This document shows, in pieces, positions 52,401 through 61,676 of a DNA stretch of 64,000 nucleotides. The notes under the pieces are model-generated. The model saw nothing but the letters and a program-made list of their open reading frames with translations. It did no database searches and was not told where the DNA came from. Both the position numbers and the translations under genes were made by a program. Every line of letters begins with the position of its first letter. The first letter of the stretch is position 1. Source of the DNA: Verrucomicrobiota bacterium. GTDB lineage: Bacteria > Verrucomicrobiota > Verrucomicrobiia > Limisphaerales > J093. The stretch is from assembly GCA_016716505.1 (NCBI GenBank), contig JADJWF010000007.1, forward strand, positions 91 to 64,090, read 5' to 3'.

Positions 52401-53879
52401 ATGACTCCTCACCGCTCTTCCGGCCGCCGGCCCACAGCTTCTCGATCCCGAAACCTGTCGCGCCGCGCGTTTCTGGTCCGCACGGCGCTGACCAGCGGCG
52501 CCTTGGCGGGGGCGGGAATCGTGCCCGCCCGCGTGCTCGGCGCGGAAGGCACTCCGCCGCCAAGCGAGCGGGTGGGTGTGGGGTTGATCGGAGTGGGCGC
52601 GATGGGCCGGGGCCACCTGCGCCGGCTCGCCGGGGATCCGGGCTTCCGGTTGCTCGCCGTGTGCGAGGTGGACGCCCTTCGCCGGGAGGACGCGCGGGCC
52701 ACGGTGGATCAGATTTACGCCGCCGACACGGCCAGCGGCGCCTACAAGGGCTGCGCCGCCTACAACGACTACCGTGACTTGCTCGCCCGGCCGGACATTG
52801 ACGCAGTAGTCATCGCCACGCCCGATCACTGGCACGCGATTCAGTCCATAGACGCCGCGAAGGCCGGCAAGGACGTGTATTGCGAGAAGCCGATTTCGGT
52901 GACCATCCAGGAAGGCCGGCGCGTGGTGGAGGCGGTACGGCGGTACGGGCGCATCTTCCAGACCGGCACGCAATACCGCTCCATCCCTACCATCCGCGAG
53001 GTGGTGCAGTTCGTCCGCGAGGGCGGTCTGGGCAAAGTGAAACAGGTGTTCACCCAGCTTCACACCCTGGCGGGGTGGCTGGGGAATCCCCGTTGCCAGC
53101 CCTACCGGGCGGCGCTCCAGCCGGAAATCACCGGCCAGCTCTACACGCCGGTGGACTTTGCCCTGCCGGCGGAGCCGGTGCCGGCCGGCCTGGACTGGGA
53201 ACTCTGGGTCGGCCCGGCTCCGTGGCGGCCGTACAACCGGCTGTACCACGAGAATCCCTCGCCCGGCGTGGTGCCGTGGTCGGTGGATGTCGCCTTCGGC
53301 GTGACCTCCAGCACCTGGTTTCTTTCCCACGCGGCCGATGTGATCCAGTACGCCCTCGGCGTCGAGAACAGCGGGCCGGTCGAGATCATTCATCCGGCGG
53401 CGGGACAGTTCCCCACGCTCACGATGCGGTACGCGAACGGGACGCTGCTCCACTTCATCCAGGACTGGCCGCAGGTAAAGTCGCTGTACCCCGGCGCGGT
53501 ACCGGAGGACGCCCGCCTTGCCGGCATGTTCGGCGGACTGTTTGTCGGCGAGCGCGGTTGGATTACCTCCATGACCGGCGGTGGCCCAATTGAAGCGGGT
53601 CCGGCCGGACTGCTGGAGGAAATGAAGCTCAGGACCCGCGAGGTCAACGTGGGCGCCAATGATCACCACGGCAATTGGCTCAAGTGCGTGCGCGCCCGAA
53701 CCGCGCCCTATTGCCCGGAGGAGCTCGGCCACCGCACCTCCTCGATCGGCATCCTGACGAACATCGCATTCTGGACCGGGCAATCCCTGCGCTGGGATCC
53801 CGCGCGCGAGGAATTCGCCGGCTGCGACGCCGCCAACCGACTGCGCGCGCGCGCGCCCCGTCCGCCGTGGCGGATTTAG
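52401..53879 (+). CDS. Gfo/Idh/MocA-family oxidoreductase with a twin-arginine signal
   Basis: ATG at 52401. SRRAFLVRTALTSGALAGAG (Tat motif), VGVGLIGVGAMGRGH (Rossmann fold), ATPDHWHA and VYCEKP motifs. Confidence 0.85.
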   Translation: MTPHRSSGRRPTASRSRNLSRRAFLVRTALTSGALAGAGIVPARVLGAEGTPPPSERVGVGLIGVGAMGRGHLRRLAGDPGFRLLAVCEVDALRREDARATVDQIYAADTASGAYKGCAAYNDYRDLLARPDIDAVVIATPDHWHAIQSIDAAKAGKDVYCEKPISVTIQEGRRVVEAVRRYGRIFQTGTQYRSIPTIREVVQFVREGGLGKVKQVFTQLHTLAGWLGNPRCQPYRAALQPEITGQLYTPVDFALPAEPVPAGLDWELWVGPAPWRPYNRLYHENPSPGVVPWSVDVAFGVTSSTWFLSHAADVIQYALGVENSGPVEIIHPAAGQFPTLTMRYANGTLLHFIQDWPQVKSLYPGAVPEDARLAGMFGGLFVGERGWITSMTGGGPIEAGPAGLLEEMKLRTREVNVGANDHHGNWLKCVRARTAPYCPEELGHRTSSIGILTNIAFWTGQSLRWDPAREEFAGCDAANRLRARAPRPPWRI

Positions 53880-54171
53880 CGTGCCCGCTTCAGCACGAGT
53901 TTGGTCCGCGGGTGATCAGTGCCGTCTGGGTGGGAGGCGGCCCGAGTTTTGGCACCCTGGACGCGCTCTGCGCCTCGCGCCCCATTTGCCTTGGTGGCGT
54001 GCGGTGCCGAGCCGGTGGCGTTGACTACCCCGGGCGACAGGCGTTCGTCCAACCGCCCGCCGCTGCACCCGCGATGTTCGCGCCACGCACCCCTGCAGTC
54101 GCGGCGGGATGCTTGTTTCTTGACCGGGAGCGGCGACGGTTGACACCTTGCGGATCGGCAGGGCGACCAAC

Positions 54172-54549
54172 ATGACCGAGCAAACGCAGTCGTATCTCTT
54201 CCTGGCGGTTCTCCTGGGGGTGGCGGTGGCCTTCCCACTGGTCATGCTGGGCTTGGCGAGGCTCTGGGCCACCGTGTACTCGCCGGCCAAACCCGGTCCC
54301 GCCAAAGCTGCGCCTTACGAGTGCGGCCTCGAATCCACCGGCGACGCCTGGGTGCAGTTGCGCAGCGGCTACTATCTGTACGCCATCGTCTTTCTGATCT
54401 TCGACGTGGAAGCGCTGTTTCTCCTGCCCTTCGCGGTCGCGTTCACCAGTCTGCCCGTCGGGGCCTTCGTGGCGATCCTGGTCTTCCTGCTCTTGCTGGT
54501 GGAGGGTCTGGTGTGGGCCTGGCAGAAGGGCGTTCTCGAGTGGAACTGA
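54172..54549 (+). CDS. nuoA: NADH-quinone oxidoreductase subunit A
   Basis: ATG at 54172. ...PYECGLES...[24 protein letters not shown], 125 aa. Confidence 0.9.
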   Translation: MTEQTQSYLFLAVLLGVAVAFPLVMLGLARLWATVYSPAKPGPAKAAPYECGLESTGDAWVQLRSGYYLYAIVFLIFDVEALFLLPFAVAFTSLPVGAFVAILVFLLLLVEGLVWAWQKGVLEWN

Positions 54550-54575
54550 CCTCCGACCACCGCACCGCTCCCGCC

Positions 54576-55190
54576 ATGGATGAAGGTCTTCGCAGCGAAC
54601 TCAGCAAGCAAGGGGTGTTCACCACGACGCTCCAGGAGCTCTATAACTGGGGCCGCAGCAACTCGGTCTGGCCCCTGAATTTCGGCCTGGCCTGCTGCGC
54701 CATCGAGATGATCGCCGCCTCCATGGCGCGGTTCGACATCTCGCGCTTCGGCTCGGAGGTTTTCCGCCCCTCGCCCCGGCAGGCCGATCTGATGATCGTG
54801 GCCGGCACGGTGACCAAGAAGATGGCGCCGCTGGTGGTGCGGCTGTACAACCAGATGCCCGCGCCGAAGTACGTAATTGCCATGGGGGCGTGCGCGATCA
54901 GCGGCGGGCCCTTCAAGCAGGGCTACAACGTCCTCAAGGGCATTGACCGGTACCTGCCGGTGGACGTCCACATTCCTGGTTGTCCACCCCGGCCGGAGGC
55001 GTTGTTGCACGCGCTGATCACGCTCCAGGAGAAGATGCGCGGGGAACCGTTGGCCGGTCCGGCGCCGGCGCGGCATGCCGACCCGGCGGCGCCCGGCGAA
55101 TATCCGGTGCCCGCCTATGGGCCTTACGATCTGACTCCCGCAAAGAACGAGGAACTCTGGCGGCCGGCGCCGCTCCCCCGGGGCGAGTAA
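54576..55190 (+). CDS. nuoB: NADH-quinone oxidoreductase subunit B
   Basis: ATG at 54576. [16 protein letters not shown]...[11 protein letters not shown]...[11 protein letters not shown]. Confidence 0.93.
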   Translation: MDEGLRSELSKQGVFTTTLQELYNWGRSNSVWPLNFGLACCAIEMIAASMARFDISRFGSEVFRPSPRQADLMIVAGTVTKKMAPLVVRLYNQMPAPKYVIAMGACAISGGPFKQGYNVLKGIDRYLPVDVHIPGCPPRPEALLHALITLQEKMRGEPLAGPAPARHADPAAPGEYPVPAYGPYDLTPAKNEELWRPAPLPRGE

Positions 55191-55214
55191 TCCGTCCCTC
55201 TGCCCGCCTGACGA

Positions 55215-55850
55215 ATGGATTCGCCCGAACAGATCAAGGCGCGCGTGGAAGCGGCACTGCCCGGTGTCCAGCTCGAGTTGCGGTTGAATCCGGCGGTTCC
55301 CGCCGAGAGTTCTTTGGTCGTTGCGCCCGCACACGCCGTCGCGGTGGCGAGGTTCCTCCGCGATGATCCGGCCTTGCGACTGGACTACTGCTCAAACGTC
55401 ACCGGCGTGGACTGGCTTGACGCGACGGTGAAGGAAAAGGTGAAGACACGCCGGCTGGTGGCGGGCGAAGAACAGGAGGTCGAGGAGACAATCGAGCGCA
55501 AACGCCCGGGGTACCTCGAAGTGGTGTATCACCTGTATTCGGTGGCGTTGCGCCATGGGCCGGTCGTGCTGCGCCAACGCACGCGCAACCGGTTCGAGGC
55601 GGTCCAGGTCGCTTCGCTCACCCCGGTGTGGCGGAGTTGCGAGTTCCAGGAGCGCGAGGTGTTTGACCTGTTTGGTGTCGTTTTTCACGGCCACCCGGAC
55701 CTGCGCCGCATCCTGATGTGGGACCAGTTCCAGGATTTCCCGATGCGGAAGGACTACGTGGAGCCGGACGACTACGAGTACGAGCCGACGCCGCATGACG
55801 AGATCCTCGACAAGGCGCGGCGGCACTATCCGACCGGAGGGACCGCATGA
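55215..55850 (+). CDS. nuoC: NADH-quinone oxidoreductase subunit C
   Basis: ...[35 protein letters not shown], 211 aa. Confidence 0.9.
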   Translation: MDSPEQIKARVEAALPGVQLELRLNPAVPAESSLVVAPAHAVAVARFLRDDPALRLDYCSNVTGVDWLDATVKEKVKTRRLVAGEEQEVEETIERKRPGYLEVVYHLYSVALRHGPVVLRQRTRNRFEAVQVASLTPVWRSCEFQEREVFDLFGVVFHGHPDLRRILMWDQFQDFPMRKDYVEPDDYEYEPTPHDEILDKARRHYPTGGTA

Positions 55851-57097
55851 AGCGGGAGGCGGACGAGCAGGGATTGATCGGCGCGCTGTCCACGGGGGAC
55901 ATTTCGCCGGACCAACCGGCCTGGCACATCGCCTCTCCTCAGCCACTCCCGGCGCCCTACGAACTCAAGCCCATGCCCTCGGGCACCGCCGGTCTCGAGG
56001 GCGAGGTGATCGAGGTCAGCATCGGACCCCATCATCCCTCCACGCATGGCGTGTTCAGAATGGATGTCGTGCTTGACGGCGAGCGGGTGCTGCGACTCAA
56101 GCCGGTTTTCGGCTACCTGCATCGCAATCACGAGAAACTCGGCGAGCAGGGCACCTACCTCTCCGCCATGCCGTTCACCGACCGGCTGGACTACTTCTGT
56201 TCGCTGACCAACAACTGGGCCTACGCGCTCGCGGTCGAGAAGCTGGCCGGACTGAACGTTCCCGAGCGGGCCCAATATCTGCGGGTCATCACCGCGGAGC
56301 TCACGCGGGTGCTGAATCACGCCTGCATGATTGGATTCCTGCTGCAGGAACTGGGCGCGATGGGCACGCCGCTGATGTACGCCTTCCGCGAGCGCGAGAA
56401 GATCCTCGATCTGTTCGAAGCGCTCACCGGGTCGCGGATGATGTGCAACTACCTCCGCTTCGGCGGCTGCCGCTGCGACCTGCCTCCCGGCTGGGCCGAA
56501 CAATGCACCCGGGTGGTGGAGGGACTGCCCCGTTTCTTCGATGAGTTCGAACGGTTGCTGGCGACCAACGAAATCATCATGGCCCGCACACAGGGCATTG
56601 GTGTGCTGCCCGCTGACCTGGCGATCAGTGCCGGCGTGAGCGGTCCCGGCCTGCGGGCCAGCGGCGTCAACTACGATGTCCGCAAGGTGGACGGCTACGG
56701 GATTTACCCCCGCTTCGAATTTGGCGTGCCGCTGGGCGAGCATGGCGACGTGTACGACCGCTACATGATGCGGATGCTCGAAATGCGCGAGTCGGTGAAA
56801 ATCCTCCAGCAGGCGTTGCGCGATCTACCGACGGGCCCGGTGATTGATCCCAAGGCCAAGCTGCGGAATTTCCGTCCTCCCGCGGGCGAAGCCTACGGCC
56901 GGCTGGAGGCGCCCAAGGGCGAGCTGGGCTTCTACCTGATCAGCGATGGCGGGCCGAGCCCGTACCGTTACCGCATCCGCCCGCCCAGCTTCATCAATCT
57001 CACCGTCCTCGAGGACATGTGCATCGGCCACACGCTCATGGATGCGGTGGCGATCCTCGGCAGCGTGGACATCGTGATGGGGGAAGTGGACCGCTGA
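55847..57097 (+). CDS. nuoD: NADH-quinone oxidoreductase subunit D
   Basis: ATGA overlap with nuo[23 protein letters not shown]...[10 protein letters not shown]...IMGEVDR. It has a ~40-aa N-terminal extension, and ATG 55973 is an alternative start. Confidence 0.9.
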   Translation: MKREADEQGLIGALSTGDISPDQPAWHIASPQPLPAPYELKPMPSGTAGLEGEVIEVSIGPHHPSTHGVFRMDVVLDGERVLRLKPVFGYLHRNHEKLGEQGTYLSAMPFTDRLDYFCSLTNNWAYALAVEKLAGLNVPERAQYLRVITAELTRVLNHACMIGFLLQELGAMGTPLMYAFREREKILDLFEALTGSRMMCNYLRFGGCRCDLPPGWAEQCTRVVEGLPRFFDEFERLLATNEIIMARTQGIGVLPADLAISAGVSGPGLRASGVNYDVRKVDGYGIYPRFEFGVPLGEHGDVYDRYMMRMLEMRESVKILQQALRDLPTGPVIDPKAKLRNFRPPAGEAYGRLEAPKGELGFYLISDGGPSPYRYRIRPPSFINLTVLEDMCIGHTLMDAVAILGSVDIVMGEVDR

Positions 57098-57124
57098 AGC
57101 CGGCAGCGGGACGGCGCGGTGTCG

Positions 57125-57913
57125 CTATTTCGGCGCGGCGAAAAGCACGTCGTAGCCGAACCGTCCGATCATCGCCGTTACCATCACCAGGAAGAACCCC
57201 CGCACAAAGCGATTCCCCTGGCGGAGCGCCAGTCGGGAACCGGTCACCGAACCCAGGACGTTGCACACGGCCATCGGAACGGCGAACCGCCACAGCACGT
57301 GGTCCGTGGCGGCGAAGTACGCGACGGCGGACAGATTGGTGGCGACGTTGATCACCTTGGCGCTGGCCGAAGCCGTCAGAAAGTCGAAGCCGAACAACCC
57401 GATGAAGGCAAAAATCAGAAAGCTGCCGGTGCCCGGGCCAAAGAAGCCGTCGTAGAACCCGATCACAGCGCCCGTCAGGATCCCGAACAGCCGCTCCCGA
57501 CTCGCGGTGAAGGCCGGGGCGTGCAGCCGGCCAAAGTCCTTCCGGATGAACGTGTACACCGCGACCGCCACCAGCAGCGCGAGGACCAGGGGGCGCAGGA
57601 ATTCCGGCTTGAGCAGGGTCACCACCCGGGCCCCGCAGAAGGAAAAGACGAAGGCGCTGACCGCCGCGGGCAGGAGCGACGCCCAGTTCAGACGGATACG
57701 CCGGGCATACTGGACCACCGCCATGCCCGTGCCGCAGAACGACGAGAATTTGTTCGTGCCGAGCACCGCCGCGACCACGGCAGCGTCGCCCGGCGGGAGA
57801 AACAGGAAGAGGGCGGGGATTTGAATCAGCCCACCCCCGCCCACCACCGCATCTACCAGTCCGGCGAGGAAGGCGAAAGCTCCGAGCACGACGGTGTGGC
57901 CAAGGTCAGCCAT
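57125..57913 (-). CDS. TauE/SafE-family sulfite exporter-like membrane protein
   Basis: FLAGLVDAVVGGGGLIQIPALF... with an internal repeat (FYDGFFGPGTGSFLIFAFI), 262 aa, polytopic. Confidence 0.85.
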   Translation of the reverse strand: MADLGHTVVLGAFAFLAGLVDAVVGGGGLIQIPALFLFLPPGDAAVVAAVLGTNKFSSFCGTGMAVVQYARRIRLNWASLLPAAVSAFVFSFCGARVVTLLKPEFLRPLVLALLVAVAVYTFIRKDFGRLHAPAFTASRERLFGILTGAVIGFYDGFFGPGTGSFLIFAFIGLFGFDFLTASASAKVINVATNLSAVAYFAATDHVLWRFAVPMAVCNVLGSVTGSRLALRQGNRFVRGFFLVMVTAMIGRFGYDVLFAAPK

Positions 57914-58012
57914 GGCTCAGGAATGAAAGGGGGCTGCGGAACTCCTGACCCGGACAGGCGCGCTTCGATCAACCTCCCGGGAGCGTCGCGCCCCGTTCGT
58001 GCGGGCGCTGCC

Positions 58013-59251
58013 TCAGCGTCGCCGCGAAGGCGCGAAATAGTACCCTCTGCCCACCCGCGCGCCCCGCGCGCGGCCGATCTGCACGCCCTGCTTTTCCGCT
58101 TTCTCCACGTCGAACAACGCCGTGTACTGGTAGCTGAAGCCGTCGAGTTTCGTGCGCTCGATCTTCTGACCAATGAACCGTTCAATGGCCGTCACGTGCG
58201 GTAGGTCCTCGGCGGTCACGATGGTGAGGGCGTCGCCGGTCGCCTGCGCGCGCCCGGTTCGCCCGATGCGATGCACGTAGTCCTCGGGGTGCTGCGGCAC
58301 GTCGTAATTGATCACGTGGCTCACGTCCTGAATGTCGAGTCCCCGCGCCGCGATGTCCGTCGCGACGAGCAGTTCGTAGCGGCCGTCCCGGAAGCCGCGC
58401 AGGGCCTGCTCGCGCTCCTTCTGGGTTCGGTTTGAGTGGAGCACGGCCACCGAGTGATTGTTGCGCTTGAGCAGGTGGGCGACGCGGTCGGCACCGTGCT
58501 TCGTGCGGCAGAAGATGATGACCGAGTCGAAGTTCACCCGCTTGAGCAACTCGATCAGCAGTTCGGTCTTCTGACTGTTGGCCACGGGGTACAGCGCGTG
58601 GCGCACGGTTTCGGCGGGCGAACGGCGCGCGCCGATCTCGACCGTTTCCGGCGAGCGCATGGCCCACTGGATGAGCGTCTCGATCTGCGGCGGAATGGTG
58701 GCCGAAAACAGCGAGGTGTGCCGCTGCCGCGGGCACCGCTCCACGATCCGCCGCACGTCGGGCAGAAAGCCCATGTCCAGCATGCGGTCGGCTTCGTCGA
58801 GAACGAGAAACTCAACGCGGTCCAGCCGGCAGTTGCCGCGCTGCAAGTGGTCGAGCAGGCGGCCCGGCGTGGCCACCAGCACGTCCACGCCAGCACGGAG
58901 CGCATCGGTCTGCGCCCCGTAGCCGACCCCCCCATAGACGACCGCGATTTTCAACTGCATGAATCGGGCGTAATCGCGGAACGCGGTCTCCACCTGGGCG
59001 GCGAGTTCGCGCGTCGGTTCCAAGATGAGCGCGCGCGGTCCGCTTGCCGGTTGCGGGTGATCGAGTTTGGTGAGAATCGGGAGGGCGAACGCCGCGGTCT
59101 TGCCCGTGCCCGTTTGGGCGCTGCCGATCAAGTCGCGACCGGCCAGCACCAGCGGAATTGCGCGGAGTTGGATCGGAGTCGGCTCGACATATCCCATCGC
59201 GCGCACCCCCTCGAGCACCGCTTTGGAAAGCCCCAGTTTGGCAAAAGGCAT
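58013..59251 (-). CDS. rhlE: DEAD-box ATP-dependent RNA helicase (RhlE-like)
   Basis: PTPIQLRAIP (Q motif), AQTGTGKTAAF, VLDEADRMLDMGF (DEAD), SAT and HRIGRTGRAQ motifs. Confidence 0.88.
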   Translation of the reverse strand: MPFAKLGLSKAVLEGVRAMGYVEPTPIQLRAIPLVLAGRDLIGSAQTGTGKTAAFALPILTKLDHPQPASGPRALILEPTRELAAQVETAFRDYARFMQLKIAVVYGGVGYGAQTDALRAGVDVLVATPGRLLDHLQRGNCRLDRVEFLVLDEADRMLDMGFLPDVRRIVERCPRQRHTSLFSATIPPQIETLIQWAMRSPETVEIGARRSPAETVRHALYPVANSQKTELLIELLKRVNFDSVIIFCRTKHGADRVAHLLKRNNHSVAVLHSNRTQKEREQALRGFRDGRYELLVATDIAARGLDIQDVSHVINYDVPQHPEDYVHRIGRTGRAQATGDALTIVTAEDLPHVTAIERFIGQKIERTKLDGFSYQYTALFDVEKAEKQGVQIGRARGARVGRGYYFAPSRRR

Positions 59252-59335
59252 GGCGGCAGCTTAACGATTTGGGGTCGTCCCCGGCCAGCCCTTTCTCGGT
59301 TTGACCGGGGGCAGATCCGGTCTATCCAGAGGCCC

Positions 59336-59764
59336 ATGCCGAAACAACACTGGCTGGTCAAGCAAGAGCCCGACGACTACGCGTGGGACCGGCTGGTCGA
59401 GGACGGGACGACCGCCTGGACCGGCATCCGAAACTTTCAGGCGCGCAATCACCTCCGCGCCATGAAGGTGGGTGACGACGTGCTGTACTACCACACCGGG
59501 GACGAAAAGCAGGTGGTCGGCCTGGCCCGGGTCGAACGGGCGGCCTATCCCGATCCCACCGCCAGCGAAGGCGATTGGTCCTGCGTGGACCTGGCGGCCG
59601 TGAAGCCGCTGCCCCGCCCCGTTACGCTGGGCGAACTGAAGCAGGACGAGGTATTCCGCGATCTCGCCCTGCTCCGCCAACCCCGTTTGTCAGTAATGCC
59701 GGTGACCGAGGCCCAATTCCGTCGAATCATCGCATTGGCCAACCGCGCGCCGGGCAGGGCATGA
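59336..59764 (+). CDS. EVE (PUA-like) domain protein
   Basis: ATG at 59336 gives MPKQHWLVKQEPDDYAWDRLVEDGTTAWTGIRNFQARNHLRAMKVGDDVLYYHTG..., 142 aa. The upstream part of track ORF 58436..59764 is antisense to the helicase gene. Confidence 0.85.
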   Translation: MPKQHWLVKQEPDDYAWDRLVEDGTTAWTGIRNFQARNHLRAMKVGDDVLYYHTGDEKQVVGLARVERAAYPDPTASEGDWSCVDLAAVKPLPRPVTLGELKQDEVFRDLALLRQPRLSVMPVTEAQFRRIIALANRAPGRA

Positions 59765-59937
59765 CGCCCGTTGGCTGCCGTGCGGCCGCTTGACGACGGC
59801 TGACTTCGATCCGCCGGCCCGTGTTGCCGACCCCACCGCAACCGGCGGATTTGGAAATGGCTTCACCGTCGCTTGGTGTCTCGAGGGCCGCCCAAACGGT
59901 CTGGTCCAGCGCGGTTCGTCGAGCTGGCGGCCTTGGA

Positions 59938-61545
59938 TTACGCCTTGGCGCTGACGTTCAGCAGGTCCACGCCCAACTTGCGGAGCGCGTAGCCGCATTC
60001 CTTCAGGTAGTCGCCGTAGCTGAGCATCCAGTGGAAGCCTTTCATTTCCTCCAGCAACTTCTGGCCGTCGCCTTGAATCCTCACGTCAATTTGCGAACGG
60101 CAGATTTCAAGGAACGGATTGCCGACGATCGTACCGGCAAAGCCCACCCACTTCTGACAGTTGAAGTCGGGGACGAGGTTGGTGGTGATCTGGCCCAGCT
60201 TCATTTCGACCTTCGGCGCGGCGCCGTAATCGGACTCGAAGTGCGTGAGGATGCGCGCCTTTTCCAGTCGCTTCCCGTCCATCCGCCGCGGCGCGGTGCA
60301 GTGGGCGAGCGTGACGATGCCGTCGTGCGGCGTGGTCGGGTCGTTCAGGAACACCGGCTTGCCGGAGATGTAATGCAACAGGATGCCGGACGGGATCACG
60401 ACGAAGTCCGATTCGCAGAAGAGGAGGTAGCCGTCGTCGTTGAGCAGGCTCAACGTGAGGCAGGCGGTGGTCTTGGACATGCCCATGATGGTGCCCATGC
60501 AGTGGTTCACCGTGAGGGCGTCGGTCTGATGCTGCTCCATTACGTCGAGGAAGACCTCACGCAGGACAAAGGCGTTGGTGACGAACTGACGGGTGGTCTC
60601 GAGCTTGACCCCGGCCTTGCCGAGGTACGCCCTTGCGGCCTGCTCGCAGCCGGCCACCAACGCGCTGTCCTGGTAGGCCGCGGCCAGCCGGGGCTCGAGG
60701 TCTTTATACGGGTAATCCACCAAGTCGAGCTTCCACAGTTCGCGTGCGATTCGCGGCGCTTTCTGCCCCCCTTCGCCCCAGCCCCCCGCTCCGCCGATGC
60801 AGACCACGCGCTTGCCTAGCGTGCTGTTGAGCCCGTGCAACGCGCGCAGTTTCCAGAGCATCTCGTCGTAGCTGTCTGTGATCACGTCATGCACGTCCAT
60901 GCCGGGCTGGCCGAACTCGTCCACCATCTTGCGCAGGAATCGTGGATGCACGATTTCGTACCAAAGATAGGCCGGACCTGGGAGGTGGCGGACGAACATG
61001 AGGTTGAAGCGATCCTTGCGGGTGAGTGTTTCCAGGATGTCCAACCAGCCGCCAGCGGCGTACATGAGCATGACGTCGTAGTCGCCCTGAGCGATGGTGG
61101 CCGCCTGTTCGACGGTTTTAGCCAGCAACACCGGCCGCACTTCGAGCGGGAATTCCGCCCGGGCGGCCAGCTTCTTCAACTCGCCCGTGATGCGCGCCTG
61201 TTCCTGTTGGGCCGCTTCGTCGGTCTGGATGCCGCCCCAGTTGCGCCAACTGGTGGCCTCCTGCCGGCGCGGCGTCTCGTAGGTGAGCACGGGCTGGACG
61301 CGCAACGGTTTGCGGCTGATCGGGGCACGGCTCTTCACCGGGCAGCATGCCTCGGCCTCCGCCCCGGAGAGCGAGGGCAGCGTAAGCGACAACGCCGCCA
61401 GACCGCCGACGGTGCCCAAGAATCCGCGCCGGCTGACGCTTGGCAGTTCGAAGGACGGCAGCTCATGGGGAATCGGCGCGGCGAGGCGCCGGGTGGCGGT
61501 GCAGCAACCGCAGTTGCAGCCCGTGGGAGAAGGATGATCGTTCAT
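59938..61545 (-). CDS. Tat-signal protein of unrecognised family (possibly sugar-isomerase-like fold)
   Basis: ATG at 61545. MNDHPSPTGCNCGCCTATRR...SVSRRGFLGTVGGLAALSL has a twin-arginine motif about 45 aa in. 535 aa. The family is not recognised. Confidence 0.65.
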   Translation of the reverse strand: MNDHPSPTGCNCGCCTATRRLAAPIPHELPSFELPSVSRRGFLGTVGGLAALSLTLPSLSGAEAEACCPVKSRAPISRKPLRVQPVLTYETPRRQEATSWRNWGGIQTDEAAQQEQARITGELKKLAARAEFPLEVRPVLLAKTVEQAATIAQGDYDVMLMYAAGGWLDILETLTRKDRFNLMFVRHLPGPAYLWYEIVHPRFLRKMVDEFGQPGMDVHDVITDSYDEMLWKLRALHGLNSTLGKRVVCIGGAGGWGEGGQKAPRIARELWKLDLVDYPYKDLEPRLAAAYQDSALVAGCEQAARAYLGKAGVKLETTRQFVTNAFVLREVFLDVMEQHQTDALTVNHCMGTIMGMSKTTACLTLSLLNDDGYLLFCESDFVVIPSGILLHYISGKPVFLNDPTTPHDGIVTLAHCTAPRRMDGKRLEKARILTHFESDYGAAPKVEMKLGQITTNLVPDFNCQKWVGFAGTIVGNPFLEICRSQIDVRIQGDGQKLLEEMKGFHWMLSYGDYLKECGYALRKLGVDLLNVSAKA

Positions 61546-61676
61546 GCTTGAAACAGGATTGTGACCGCGTTCTCCGCGCCGACCGGGCGAGGCGAGCAGC
61601 GGCCGTTGGCAGGCATTCCTAACGCCGCGGCGGGCCGGTGACTTGACTTGGCTCAAACTTCCCCCACGCTCGGCGA

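Noticed and set aside
53880-54171. Promoter upstream of nuoA (two TTGAC[CA] boxes at about 54119 and 54139)
   Set aside because: There is no acceptable -10 hexamer at 16-18 nt spacing from either box.
59765-59937. tRNA or terminator between the EVE gene and the Tat-signal gene (gcggttcgtcgagc; ccgccgg...ccggcgg stem)
   Set aside because: The T-loop-like string lacks the GTTCGAATC consensus and has no cloverleaf partners. The stem has a 24-nt interrupted loop and only a weak AUUU tail.
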